NCBI GenBank assembly: GCA_013138765.1
Contig: WTCB01000041.1
Span: 1-36,126 of the forward strand
Length of the DNA stretch: 36,126 nucleotides
Reading direction: 5' to 3'
From: Candidatus Nanohaloarchaea archaeon
GTDB lineage: Archaea; EX4484-52; GLR71
Part shown: piece by piece, positions 26,993-36,126 of the stretch
Position numbering within the stretch: the stretch's first letter is position 1
How the letters are laid out: every line of letters begins with the position of its first letter
Program-made: the position numbers and the translations under genes
The notes under the pieces: generated by a model
The model's input: the letters and a program-made list of their open reading frames with translations, nothing else
Database searches by the model: none
Told to the model about the DNA's origin: nothing

Positions 26993-28171
26993 ATGATATT
27001 TATGGAAAATGAAACCGGTTTTGGATCTGATTATTATATCATCTCTCAAATTGAAAACGTTGAAAAAATCGCTAAACAAAAAGGATTAGACCTATATTCC
27101 ACCCCCATGATAATTGGTTTTGATGTTCAGGGACCTGTCGTAAAACTTACAGATGCTTCCTTTGAACCATGGTCACAAATAAAATCAGCCATACTGGATT
27201 TCAACAGAAATAAATCTATCGAAAAAGCCATAATTTCTGGATGGGATTTAAAAAGTCTTGAAAACTTCAGAGATACTAACTTAGGAGACTTACCTATAAG
27301 CATTATAGGTGAACTTGGTTCAATTATAAACTACGAGAATCATATATACGAAATAAATCCAATGAAAGATACATTTGAATTCTATAATATGGAACTTGAT
27401 ATATTCAAAAAAGCTGCAGAAAAAGGATTAAAAATAGCCATACAAGGAAATGCTTCAAAAAACGTAAACTGTTTCTATTTTGAAGGAGATGGTATTGAAA
27501 GAGGAGATATAAGAAACCATTTCCTTGTAAAAGATACAGACATAACTACAAACGATATATATCAATCAATAATAACATCCCCTTTTAATACTGATAACTT
27601 CGAATATAATAATAATAAGGATAAAATCTGTTTTGAGTCCACCATAGAAAATATAGAAATTATTGATTATGTTCTACGCCAAGTATACACATTACAATCA
27701 GTAAGACTCGCAGAAGAAAACGAAAACAAAATATCAATAAGAAGAGACAATGATGATAATATTAATTTCACAATAGATGATATGGTAACATTTTCAAAAG
27801 AAGCCATACCCGACAGCTGGGAAATTGAACCAAATTCAGATTACTGTATCGATGTAATCCATAAAAATAACGGTTACAGACCAACAAAAGAAACAGCAGC
27901 ATATGAACTTGGAAAACTACGATTCGGCGAACAATCTTTCATAATTACAAACATAGGAGACAAAAAAGGTGATGTATTAACTGGACCAAACACAATATTT
28001 TTCGCACAAATTGGTAGTCCCGCAGAAAATTACTGTATAGACGAAAATTTACCATATATACCTGTAGTCAATGCAATCGATTATTTCCACATAATGGCAC
28101 AAATCACAAATACAACAATAAAAAATAGAATTCTATCAGAAATACCCCAAATACAACCAATATATGTCTAA
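26993..28171 (+). CDS. Hypothetical protein (392 aa); weak HAD-IIB-like motif order with a degenerate motif I
   Basis: MIIGFDVQGPV resembles HAD motif I (DxDGT) but has Q at the D+2 position. ITNIGDKKGDVLTG resembles motif IV (GDxxxD). No confident family assignment. Confidence 0.55.
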   Translation: MIFMENETGFGSDYYIISQIENVEKIAKQKGLDLYSTPMIIGFDVQGPVVKLTDASFEPWSQIKSAILDFNRNKSIEKAIISGWDLKSLENFRDTNLGDLPISIIGELGSIINYENHIYEINPMKDTFEFYNMELDIFKKAAEKGLKIAIQGNASKNVNCFYFEGDGIERGDIRNHFLVKDTDITTNDIYQSIITSPFNTDNFEYNNNKDKICFESTIENIEIIDYVLRQVYTLQSVRLAEENENKISIRRDNDDNINFTIDDMVTFSKEAIPDSWEIEPNSDYCIDVIHKNNGYRPTKETAAYELGKLRFGEQSFIITNIGDKKGDVLTGPNTIFFAQIGSPAENYCIDENLPYIPVVNAIDYFHIMAQITNTTIKNRILSEIPQIQPIYV

Positions 28172-28223
28172 AAATAATTCAAACACACACAATTAATAGA
28201 GACTCCAAAAAGCATAAATAAAT

Positions 28224-29564
28224 CTAAATCATCTCAATACGATACATCAAATTATCAAACACTTTTTTAATCTTTTTCTCATCTTTACTTTCACAGACAA
28301 CACGAACCACAGGCGATGTTCCAGAAGGACGCACAAAACAGACAACACCAGATTTATCAAATTTGACTCCATCTTCATCAGAGATTATTAGATTATCTTC
28401 ATCAGATTTGACCATCTCAATTATTTTTACCATTTTATTCTGAACACTACCCATATCCTCAAATTTCATTTTTTCATGTAAAATATGATATTTAGGTATT
28501 GAATCCCTCATAGAAACCAATTCTTTAGCTTTTGCCGCAAGCACTAATGCACAGAAAGTCCCACTGTTATACCAACAGAATTCAGGAAATGCATAATGTC
28601 CATTTGGTTCACCACAAAAATCAGCACCAATCTCTATCGCTTTCTTAGATACAAAAATATCCCCCACCCGAGTAAATATCACTTCAGAACCAGTATAATT
28701 TTCAAGCATCTTTGATGTATCAAGAGATGCCACTATCTTTTCTGCACCAGCTATCTTTGCTAAAATACAAAAAATCTCATCACCTGAAATCCAATTCCCT
28801 AATGAATCATATGCAAATATTCTATCTGCATCAGGATCATGACCAACAATAAGATCCGCCTTATTCTTTTTCAATATCTGTACAAGATGTCTCTTATTAT
28901 CCATATCTGGCTCCGATGGCACTGAACATATAGGAACCTCCTTACAATTAACACGGATCACTTTTGCACCTAACTTTTCAAGAAGAATAGGTGTTGTTAG
29001 AGAAGCACCACCATTACAACAATCAACAACAACAGTAGCATCAATTTTATTTGAATATTTTTTGAAAGCTTCGATAGCTTTAGAGATATAAACATTAGAA
29101 AATTCTAAAGATTTATCAGTAAATAAACCAATATTTTTATACATACAGGATCTAAATTCTGATGACATGAAACGTTTCTTTATCTTTGCCATATCCTCAT
29201 TTGAAAAACCATTACCCTTTTGATACATCAACTTAAAACCATTCCTAGTCCAATCATGATGTGATGCAGTTATCATGACAGACAAATCCGCACCATAATG
29301 ATTGCCTGCAAGCGCAATCTTATCCGTAGGCCCAAGACCCACATCGATAACATCAACACCCGTACTGAGTATACCTGCAACTAACGCACTTTTCAGAGAT
29401 CGACTGCATTGCCTTGTATCAAAACCAACAACAATGGTCTTTTTTGCAAAAGTACCGATAGCCTTACCAAATTTAAGAGCAAACTCTTCATCAAGCTCAG
29501 ATGGATATTCTCCACGAACATCATATCTTGTAAACACGACAGGTTCTTTTTCATTTTTCACCAT
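28224..29564 (-). CDS. alpha-D-phosphohexomutase (phosphomannomutase/phosphoglucomutase-like) with a variant active-site loop
   Basis: Four family loops are present: phosphoserine ITASHHDWTRNGFK (consensus TASHNP), metal GHDPDADR, sugar CGEPNGH, phosphate VRPSGTSPVVR. Confidence 0.85.
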   Translation of the reverse strand: MVKNEKEPVVFTRYDVRGEYPSELDEEFALKFGKAIGTFAKKTIVVGFDTRQCSRSLKSALVAGILSTGVDVIDVGLGPTDKIALAGNHYGADLSVMITASHHDWTRNGFKLMYQKGNGFSNEDMAKIKKRFMSSEFRSCMYKNIGLFTDKSLEFSNVYISKAIEAFKKYSNKIDATVVVDCCNGGASLTTPILLEKLGAKVIRVNCKEVPICSVPSEPDMDNKRHLVQILKKNKADLIVGHDPDADRIFAYDSLGNWISGDEIFCILAKIAGAEKIVASLDTSKMLENYTGSEVIFTRVGDIFVSKKAIEIGADFCGEPNGHYAFPEFCWYNSGTFCALVLAAKAKELVSMRDSIPKYHILHEKMKFEDMGSVQNKMVKIIEMVKSDEDNLIISDEDGVKFDKSGVVCFVRPSGTSPVVRVVCESKDEKKIKKVFDNLMYRIEMI

Positions 29565-30263
29565 TTAATCCACACTCAATATTTTTTCAAGCTCTGAAAT
29601 ATTCTGTATAAAATGCGCAGGATTTCCTTCTTTTTTATCAGAGAGAAGGACTGTACATGCACCAAAACTAGATGGAATCTCAAGATCACGCATCCATGAA
29701 TCACCAACAAAAACCATATCATTAGATTTCAATCCATACTTTTGAGCAACAAGATTATAATAATTTACAGATGGTTTAAGTTCACCAGCAATATCCGAAC
29801 TGATAACATAATCAAAATATTGTTTCCAATCTCCAAAAATTTTATTAAGTTTCATTTCAAGAGGTTGAAGATACTCATCACTTGCAACAATTAAAACAAA
29901 TTTACCTGTTTTTTTCAGCATACTAATTGTCTCAACAGTATTAGATTTTTCAATAAGATTATCTACAACACTTTTCCAAAAAATATCAAGTGACAATTTT
30001 ACCAACGTATCAATCCGGCTTTTATCCACATCCAATTGATTAAGTACCATATCAAGAACAAACTCTCTTTTTCTTCGATTAATATCCTGAGATTTATCCG
30101 ATTTTAAAATATTACATATATGACTACGCCAAACAGTTTTAAGCAAAACCTTATCCAATCCAGTCTCATGCGAAATATAAGAAAACATAAGATCATACGC
30201 TTTTTTTACATCAATATCATACAAAGTATGGTCTGCATCAAAAACAATAGCTTTAACCACCAT
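29565..30263 (-). CDS. HAD-superfamily hydrolase (phosphatase-like)
   Basis: Motif I is IVFDADHTLYD (DxDxT) and motif IV is VFVGDSWMRD. The start abuts the upstream gene stop and the stop abuts the downstream start, so the gene is operonic. Confidence 0.8.
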   Translation of the reverse strand: MVVKAIVFDADHTLYDIDVKKAYDLMFSYISHETGLDKVLLKTVWRSHICNILKSDKSQDINRRKREFVLDMVLNQLDVDKSRIDTLVKLSLDIFWKSVVDNLIEKSNTVETISMLKKTGKFVLIVASDEYLQPLEMKLNKIFGDWKQYFDYVISSDIAGELKPSVNYYNLVAQKYGLKSNDMVFVGDSWMRDLEIPSSFGACTVLLSDKKEGNPAHFIQNISELEKILSVD

Positions 30264-30265
30264 AT

Positions 30266-31531
30266 TTATTTCCTCTTTTTTACAATATTTTCAAACTTAG
30301 AATAACATACCATATTAGAATCAATATTTTTCATAACAACCGTATTAGGTCCAACTATACACCCCGAACCGATAATCACCCCTGGCATCGTACTTACATG
30401 TATCCCAACTCTTGTATCATGACCAATTATGACACCAAATGAATTCATATTTGTAGATACTTCATAACCCTTAACTTTTGGCTTTATTTCATCCCTATCA
30501 ATACGCACATTACCCGTAATCATACCCGCACCAATTCTACAATTTTCACCAATTATTGTATCACCAAAAAAACCAGAATGAATATGTGCACCTTTCATAA
30601 TTATTGTTCTTGCAACCTCACAATTAGCACCAACAATAGATCTTGCTTCAATCATAGAATTACGGATTAAAGAATTATTCCCCACCACACAATTATCCCC
30701 AATATAACAAGGTCCTTTTATCACAGCATTCTCAAAGATTTTAGTATTTTTACCGATATGAACAAGTCCTTCAATCTTTACAGATTTATCAACCTTTGCA
30801 GATTTTGAAATATGTGATTTCATATTAGAAAACATAATTTCTGATACATTAAATAAATCCCAAGGATATTTCATTGTAGAGGTACCTTTCTCTGTAATTA
30901 CAATTAAACTTTCATTTTCACTCATATAAAGCTTCAAAGCATCCTCAAATGCATATTGATGAACCTTTACACGCCTATAATAATCAAAAAAATCATGTGA
31001 TAAAAAATAGATACCCACAAGCCGTATATCTGATGGTTCCTTACCTTTAGCAGGTTTCTCTATAAGATCAACAACCTTATCTTTAACTTTTGTATCAAGA
31101 ACAACGATTCCATAATTCCACGGTATGTTAGTCTTTTTCCCCAACAAAACATTTCCAGCACCTGTCTTTTTAAATTTACGTTGTATAAGATTAAGTAATT
31201 CTAAAACCTCAAAACTGTTCGCATTAAGAACAAAAAAAGCACTATCAATATATTTCTCAGCCTGTAAGACTGCATCACCCATACCTTTAGCTTCTTTTTG
31301 AACAACATACTTAATGTTGACACCTAAAGAGGAACCATCACCAAGCACAGTCTTTATATTTGATCTAGGACTTTGCACAACAATAATATCAATAATACCT
31401 ACATTTTTAAGATTCTCGACAGTCCTTTCAATAATTGTTTTCCCGAAAATCGACACCATGCATTTATGCATACCATCAGATAAAGGTTTAAATCGTGAAC
31501 AATCACCCGCTGCCAAAAGTACTGCCTGCAT
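30266..31531 (-). CDS. glmU: Bifunctional sugar-1-phosphate nucleotidylyltransferase/acetyltransferase (archaeal GlmU-like; ST0452/MJ1101 type)
   Basis: The N-terminal NTP-transferase motif is AVLLAAGDCSRFKPLS (LAAGxGxR). The C-terminal left-handed beta-helix hexapeptide repeats include IGKNTKIFENAVIKGPCYIGDNCVVGNNSLIRNSMI... and IGENCRIGAGMITGN. Confidence 0.8.
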   Translation of the reverse strand: MQAVLLAAGDCSRFKPLSDGMHKCMVSIFGKTIIERTVENLKNVGIIDIIVVQSPRSNIKTVLGDGSSLGVNIKYVVQKEAKGMGDAVLQAEKYIDSAFFVLNANSFEVLELLNLIQRKFKKTGAGNVLLGKKTNIPWNYGIVVLDTKVKDKVVDLIEKPAKGKEPSDIRLVGIYFLSHDFFDYYRRVKVHQYAFEDALKLYMSENESLIVITEKGTSTMKYPWDLFNVSEIMFSNMKSHISKSAKVDKSVKIEGLVHIGKNTKIFENAVIKGPCYIGDNCVVGNNSLIRNSMIEARSIVGANCEVARTIIMKGAHIHSGFFGDTIIGENCRIGAGMITGNVRIDRDEIKPKVKGYEVSTNMNSFGVIIGHDTRVGIHVSTMPGVIIGSGCIVGPNTVVMKNIDSNMVCYSKFENIVKKRK

Positions 31532-31749
31532 CTAATAACACCTACACTTATAATAACCCAATAAATCTTTAAATGTATACTCTAATATTAGTACATCCAA
31601 CATATAACATAAATCCCACATACCAGCAGGAAATACTCACTCTAAATACTATTTAAATTATATCAATTAATACCAATTACACATAATATATCTCTTTATA
31701 TTAATTAACTAAGAACAAATTTAAAAATCAATGTTAAGTAATTATAATT

Positions 31750-31761
31750 AAATTTATAAAG
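31750..31761 (+). promoter_or_regulatory. Candidate TATA box for the ArsR-like regulator (leaderless-type spacing)
   Basis: In AAATTTATAAAG the TATA centre lies about 26 nt upstream of the ATG at 31783. This is consistent with a leaderless transcript. Confidence 0.35.
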
Positions 31762-31782
31762 CCCCACAATGATACTTAATAT

Positions 31783-32688
31783 ATGTACTATATTTGGAAC
31801 AGCAAAAACAATACAATTACTCCCACAAAAGTAATGAAAGCCCAAAGCGCAGCAAATGTGCTTGGACATCCCATACGCTCAAAGATATTAGAAATGCTTT
31901 CTGAAAGAAACCTTTACCCTATGCAAATTGCAGAAGCTCTCGATATGCACGAACAAAAAATATATTATCATATTAACATACTTAAAAATGAAGGATTCAT
32001 AAATGCAGAAGACATAAAATTACCAGGTGCAGCAAAATTATATTCTCTTAAGAAAACTGCATACTCATTCATCCCAAAATACATTGGTTCAAAACACAAA
32101 GAACTTTCTATCCAAGATTACATAACACCTCCCGAAATACTAAAACCGTTTGTCAACAACGGAAAAATAAATTGTAAGATAATAGTCGGTTCACCAATGC
32201 CCCATGGAAAACTTAATAGAACCGAAAGATGTGGTCATCTCGCAGGAGATATCGCAGTCATGCTTGGAAAATATGGTTCAAATGAAAATAAATTAACTTA
32301 TCTGGACACAGAGATTGAAGATTTAAAAGGTAACCTAATTATTATCTCGGGGTTCTATGTCAACCTAACAGAAGGAAAAATAAATAATTACCTACCTATT
32401 AAACTTAATGAAAGTGGCACAAAAATAATATCAACAATTTCTAAAGATGAATTCACAGAACCTGAAACAGGATTTATCGTAAAAATTAAAAACCCCTTTG
32501 ATAATGGCTCAGAGATTCTTGTTCTTGCAGGCATTGAGATGAATGGTACAAAATCAGCAGTCCACGCATTCACAAAATATTTATCCAGAATCGAAAAAGG
32601 TAACAAAATAGACCGAAAAATAACTGCAAAAATTGTACAAGGTATTGAAAAAAACAATAATGTCGAAGATGTAATGTTTTTAGAATAA
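31783..32688 (+). CDS. ArsR-family winged-helix transcriptional regulator fused to an uncharacterised C-terminal domain of about 200 aa
   Basis: The wHTH is HPIRSKILEMLSERNLYPMQIAEALDMHEQKIYYHINILKNEGFI. The rest of the protein has no recognised motif. An alternative start is M at 31834 (MKAQSAANVLG). Confidence 0.75.
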   Translation: MYYIWNSKNNTITPTKVMKAQSAANVLGHPIRSKILEMLSERNLYPMQIAEALDMHEQKIYYHINILKNEGFINAEDIKLPGAAKLYSLKKTAYSFIPKYIGSKHKELSIQDYITPPEILKPFVNNGKINCKIIVGSPMPHGKLNRTERCGHLAGDIAVMLGKYGSNENKLTYLDTEIEDLKGNLIIISGFYVNLTEGKINNYLPIKLNESGTKIISTISKDEFTEPETGFIVKIKNPFDNGSEILVLAGIEMNGTKSAVHAFTKYLSRIEKGNKIDRKITAKIVQGIEKNNNVEDVMFLE

Positions 32689-32734
32689 AATAATTAAATA
32701 AATCACCAAACCCCACTTATCAAAAAATAAATTA

Positions 32735-34108
32735 TTAAATATCACTAATTTCATCCTCAACAATTTTCTTATATTTATAAGATAACTCATCTCTAATTTT
32801 TTCATTAACTGCTTCAGACGTAATCCGTATTATTTGTGCAGTATTTGATGCCCGGACAAGAATCCACCCTTCATCAAAATCAACACGAACCCCATCAAGA
32901 ATATTGACCTTATCTTTTTCATACTGCGCACTAAATCTCTTCTTTAATCTATCAATTATTTCAAATTTAATATCATCAGAACAATCAACTGATATTCTTT
33001 TTTTTGAATAGATAGGAAATTCAGAAACAATCTCAGATAATTTCTTTTCACATTTTGACAAAATCTCAGCAATCTTCAAAGGGATAACGATAGTATCATC
33101 AAAAGGAAAATATTCAGGCAACACAAAATGAAAAGCATTCTCTTCACCAAGCAATGCACCGGTCTCTCGTGCCTTTTGCATCATAAAAGTATGACCCACA
33201 GGTATTCTTAACACTTTAACTCCATATTCACCAAGAGTCCGCTCAATAGCCATAGAACACTCCACATTAACAACCATGGTACCTTTTTTTTCAGAAAAGA
33301 TAGATTGTGCAACAACATATGCAATCTGATCTGAATTAAGTATCTGACCTTTATCATCAACAATTCCTGCCCTATCACCATCACCGTCAAAACCTACACC
33401 AAACGCAGCCCCAGTCTCTAAAACCTTATCTTTAAGTTTTTGAAGGTTCTCAGCCTCAACATCCGGACCACGACTAGAAAATAAAGGATCCACATTATCA
33501 AAAATAACAGTAGGATTAATATTATCAACAGACGAAAATGTCTGTGGTGCAGAAAGGCTAGTGCTCCCATTACCGCAATCAACAACAACATCTATATTTT
33601 TTGCAACTGAAAACGCATCAGATAAATATCTGACATAATCATCGCACATGTCAACACTAGATACCAAACCGACATTATCAGGCTGAACAAAATCACCGCG
33701 AGCAACAATCTCACCAAGCTCACGGTTCACATCTTCAAAAAAACCGACACAATCCTTATCATAGAACTTGATACCATTCCACTCAGAAGGATTATGTGAT
33801 GCCGTAATGAATGCAGTGACATCTTTCTTGAGCTTCCAACCAGAAAATAGAGCAACACCAAATGATGTTATGCCCGCATTGACCACATCAAGACCGCCAC
33901 GAGTAGCACCACGGATAAATGCCTCAAGAAGAACTGGACTGGACGACCTAATATCTGCACCTACTAAAATATCAGAACCCATATTCTTTGATTTCATAAG
34001 CGTAGCAAGCGCAAGACCAATTTTTTCCATAATTTCTTCAGTCAAGCTTTGACCATACACACCACGGACATCATAGGCCCGAAATATCGACATATCCATA
34101 ATATCCAC
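32735..34108 (-). CDS. glmM: Phosphoglucosamine mutase-like alpha-D-phosphohexomutase
   Basis: GTG start 4 nt after GGTGA. The loops are ITASHNPSEWNGIKF, GFDGDGDRAG, GEENAFH and VRASNTAQIIR (a variant phosphate loop). It lies immediately downstream of glmS. Confidence 0.75.
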   Translation of the reverse strand: MDIMDMSIFRAYDVRGVYGQSLTEEIMEKIGLALATLMKSKNMGSDILVGADIRSSSPVLLEAFIRGATRGGLDVVNAGITSFGVALFSGWKLKKDVTAFITASHNPSEWNGIKFYDKDCVGFFEDVNRELGEIVARGDFVQPDNVGLVSSVDMCDDYVRYLSDAFSVAKNIDVVVDCGNGSTSLSAPQTFSSVDNINPTVIFDNVDPLFSSRGPDVEAENLQKLKDKVLETGAAFGVGFDGDGDRAGIVDDKGQILNSDQIAYVVAQSIFSEKKGTMVVNVECSMAIERTLGEYGVKVLRIPVGHTFMMQKARETGALLGEENAFHFVLPEYFPFDDTIVIPLKIAEILSKCEKKLSEIVSEFPIYSKKRISVDCSDDIKFEIIDRLKKRFSAQYEKDKVNILDGVRVDFDEGWILVRASNTAQIIRITSEAVNEKIRDELSYKYKKIVEDEISDI

Positions 34109-34174
34109 AATTTCACCAAAAAATATATACTAATAATAATTTATTCAATAGTTACATAAATAGTTTTCAAAATA

Positions 34175-35962
34175 TCATTTAACAGTCACACTTTTTGCAA
34201 GATTTCGAGGCCTGTCAGGATTGCAGCCACGAAATATCGCAAGATAATAAGAAAGTACCTGTATAGGTATAATATCACATATAGGCGACGCATGACCTAC
34301 ATCTGGCACCTTAATGAAATCATCAAATATTTCATTATCTTTATCAGATACACCAATTATATGAGCACCACGAGACTTAATCTCCATCGCATTGCTCAAA
34401 ATCTCTTTTTTAGTCTCATCATTTGGTGCAAAGACAATGCACGGTGTACCTTTCTCAATAAGTGCGATAGGCCCATGCTTCAATGTACCCCCTGCAAATC
34501 CTTCAGCATGGATATATGACACCTCCTTGATCTTAAGTGCAGCTTCAAGAGCAGTCGGATAACTTTGACCACGACCGATTATATACAGGTGCTCCTTATC
34601 TTTAAGATATGACGCAACTTCAACAGTACTAAGGATTGTCTTTGGATCAGTAAGTTCACCCACATGATTAGCAACACACCTAAGAAGCGCCTTACCTTCA
34701 TCAAGCTTTCCCACAGAAGCATAAGCTAAAAGTGTAAGGATAGAAAGCTGAGAGGTATAGCTCTTAGTTGAAAGGACACAGATCTCAGGACCCGCATTCA
34801 TAAGAAGCGAATGATCAGAATTTCGCATAAGAGATGAACCCATGACATTGACAATAGACAGTATCTTAACCCCCTTCTTTTTCGCAACTTTGACTGCATC
34901 AAGTACATCCGCAGTCTCCCCTGATTGTGATATAGTGATCATGAGCGTCTGCGGAGTCAGAAAATGCTCATAATTTGGAAACTCCGAAGAATCAACAACA
35001 TTGATATGTTTTTTTGCAATCCGTGAAAATGTATAAGATGCTGATAAGGCAGCATGATAAGACGACCCGGAAGCGATAAAAAAAGTCCCATAAGATTCAT
35101 TTATTGCATCAGCGATATCCTGAATTACTTTATCATCCTGATGTATCGCCTTATTTATTGTCTCTTTCTGCTCAGAAATCTCTTTTAACATATAATATTT
35201 AAACTCACCCTTTTTTGCCTGCTCGATATCCCAGTCAATTACCTGTGATTTTTTTGTAATAATCTTGCCAGTCACCGAACAGATAATTTTCATATCACCA
35301 TTAAACACGGCCATCTCTCGATTTTCTAAAAATACAACATTTTTTGTATGTTCAATAAAAGCAGGCACATCACTTGCAATAATATATTCGCCAGCATCCA
35401 CACCAACCCCGATAACGATTGGCGAATCCTTGCGCGCACATATCATCGTATCAAAACCATCATGTATTGCAACTATAGCATAAGTACCTTCAAGAAGAGA
35501 TAATGTCTTACGAAACGCATCTTCAAAAGAGATACCCTTTTTATTCTTCAAAAAATCTTCAATAAGGTACGGTATAACTTCACTATCGGTCTCAGACTTA
35601 AACACATAACCTTTCTTTTTAAGGTTTTTCCTAAGCGCTTGATAATTTTCAATGATACCATTATGGACCACTGCAATCTTACCGTCAGAAGAAAGATGCG
35701 GATGTGAATTTTCTATAGTGACCGTACCATGTGTCGCCCAACGAGTATGGCCAATGCCCATTGTTCCACGATTGATTTTACTTGCATCACCCAAAGAATC
35801 AGCATCGCCAATCATACCAATTTCTTTTATAACAGAAGTTGAAAGATTACCCGATATTGCAACACCCCATGAATCATAACCACGATATTCAAGAATCTTA
35901 AGACTATCAACAATTATAGGGTATGCTTCCCTTTTACCTTTATAACCAACAATCCCACACAT
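34175..35962 (-). CDS. glmS: Glutamine--fructose-6-phosphate aminotransferase (isomerising)
   Basis: N-terminal nucleophile MCGIVGY, class II glutamine amidotransferase domain (GHTRWATHG, HPH), two SIS domains, and a characteristic C-terminus NLAKSVTVK. The length is 595 aa. Confidence 0.95.
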   Translation of the reverse strand: MCGIVGYKGKREAYPIIVDSLKILEYRGYDSWGVAISGNLSTSVIKEIGMIGDADSLGDASKINRGTMGIGHTRWATHGTVTIENSHPHLSSDGKIAVVHNGIIENYQALRKNLKKKGYVFKSETDSEVIPYLIEDFLKNKKGISFEDAFRKTLSLLEGTYAIVAIHDGFDTMICARKDSPIVIGVGVDAGEYIIASDVPAFIEHTKNVVFLENREMAVFNGDMKIICSVTGKIITKKSQVIDWDIEQAKKGEFKYYMLKEISEQKETINKAIHQDDKVIQDIADAINESYGTFFIASGSSYHAALSASYTFSRIAKKHINVVDSSEFPNYEHFLTPQTLMITISQSGETADVLDAVKVAKKKGVKILSIVNVMGSSLMRNSDHSLLMNAGPEICVLSTKSYTSQLSILTLLAYASVGKLDEGKALLRCVANHVGELTDPKTILSTVEVASYLKDKEHLYIIGRGQSYPTALEAALKIKEVSYIHAEGFAGGTLKHGPIALIEKGTPCIVFAPNDETKKEILSNAMEIKSRGAHIIGVSDKDNEIFDDFIKVPDVGHASPICDIIPIQVLSYYLAIFRGCNPDRPRNLAKSVTVK

Positions 35963-36126
35963 AAATTATCAAATCACAGAACATAATGAGAATACAAGCT
36001 ATAAAAAGGTTTTTAAGAAGCAATTGTGGACATTACAACTGGTTTTATAATACCCTTTATATACTCAACAAAAGATTTATAAAGAAAAAGACAATATATA
36101 TTCAATAAGTACAACTATTATAAACA

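Noticed and set aside
31701-31708. Short palindromes (for example TTAATTAA) in the divergent promoter region as operator sites for the ArsR-like regulator
   Set aside because: AT-only 8-mers are expected by chance in DNA this AT-rich, and no longer dyad was found.
35963-36126. glmS ribozyme or other riboswitch upstream of glmS
   Set aside because: The upstream region is a short AT-rich spacer with TATA-like boxes and no GC-rich pseudoknotted structure. The glmS ribozyme is a bacterial element.
1-36126. CRISPR arrays, tRNA or rRNA genes
   Set aside because: No regularly spaced direct repeats and no GC-rich cloverleaf-type or rRNA-like segments were seen in any intergenic region. The intergenic spacers are short and AT-rich, apart from the element at 24728-24858.

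Overview
AT-rich archaeal chromosomal window. Evidence for archaeal origin: a group II chaperonin (thermosome), archaeal class III (prepilin-type) signal peptides, GGTGA-type ribosome-binding sites and TTTATAAA TATA boxes. A small-genome, DPANN-like organism is plausible, but that is inference only. Left to right: (1) a 2,644-aa surface protein built from many tandem prealbumin/CarboxypepD_reg-like beta-sandwich repeats, dense in N-glycosylation sequons, with a C-terminal TM anchor. (2) truA, convergent with it. (3) A minus-strand operon of about 11 kb (8853-20144) encoding a type IV filament machine: a FlaI/TadA-like ATPase, a FlaJ/TadBC-like platform split into two genes by one in-frame TAA, a DUF1628-type major pilin, five further class III signal-peptide proteins and cysteine-rich secreted proteins. 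No FlaH and no prepilin peptidase are in the window. (4) A thermosome subunit. (5) An IS1634-family insertion sequence flanked by long imperfect direct repeats. (6) A small plus-strand set of ORFans punctuated by a structured inverted-repeat element present in a full and a shortened copy. (7) An SDR oxidoreductase and an unknown 392-aa protein. (8) A UDP-GlcNAc-type sugar-activation cluster (glmS, glmM-like, glmU-like, HAD, a second phosphohexomutase) with a divergent ArsR-type regulator. The most interesting candidate system is the atypical pilus operon. Two adjacent proteins in it share a C-terminal six-cysteine module (C-x8-C-x14/15-CC-x5-CC-COOH), a 24-Cys secreted protein follows them, and the operon sits next to the giant glycoprotein. 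Together these could form a cell-cell/host attachment apparatus. No rRNA, tRNA or CRISPR array was seen.
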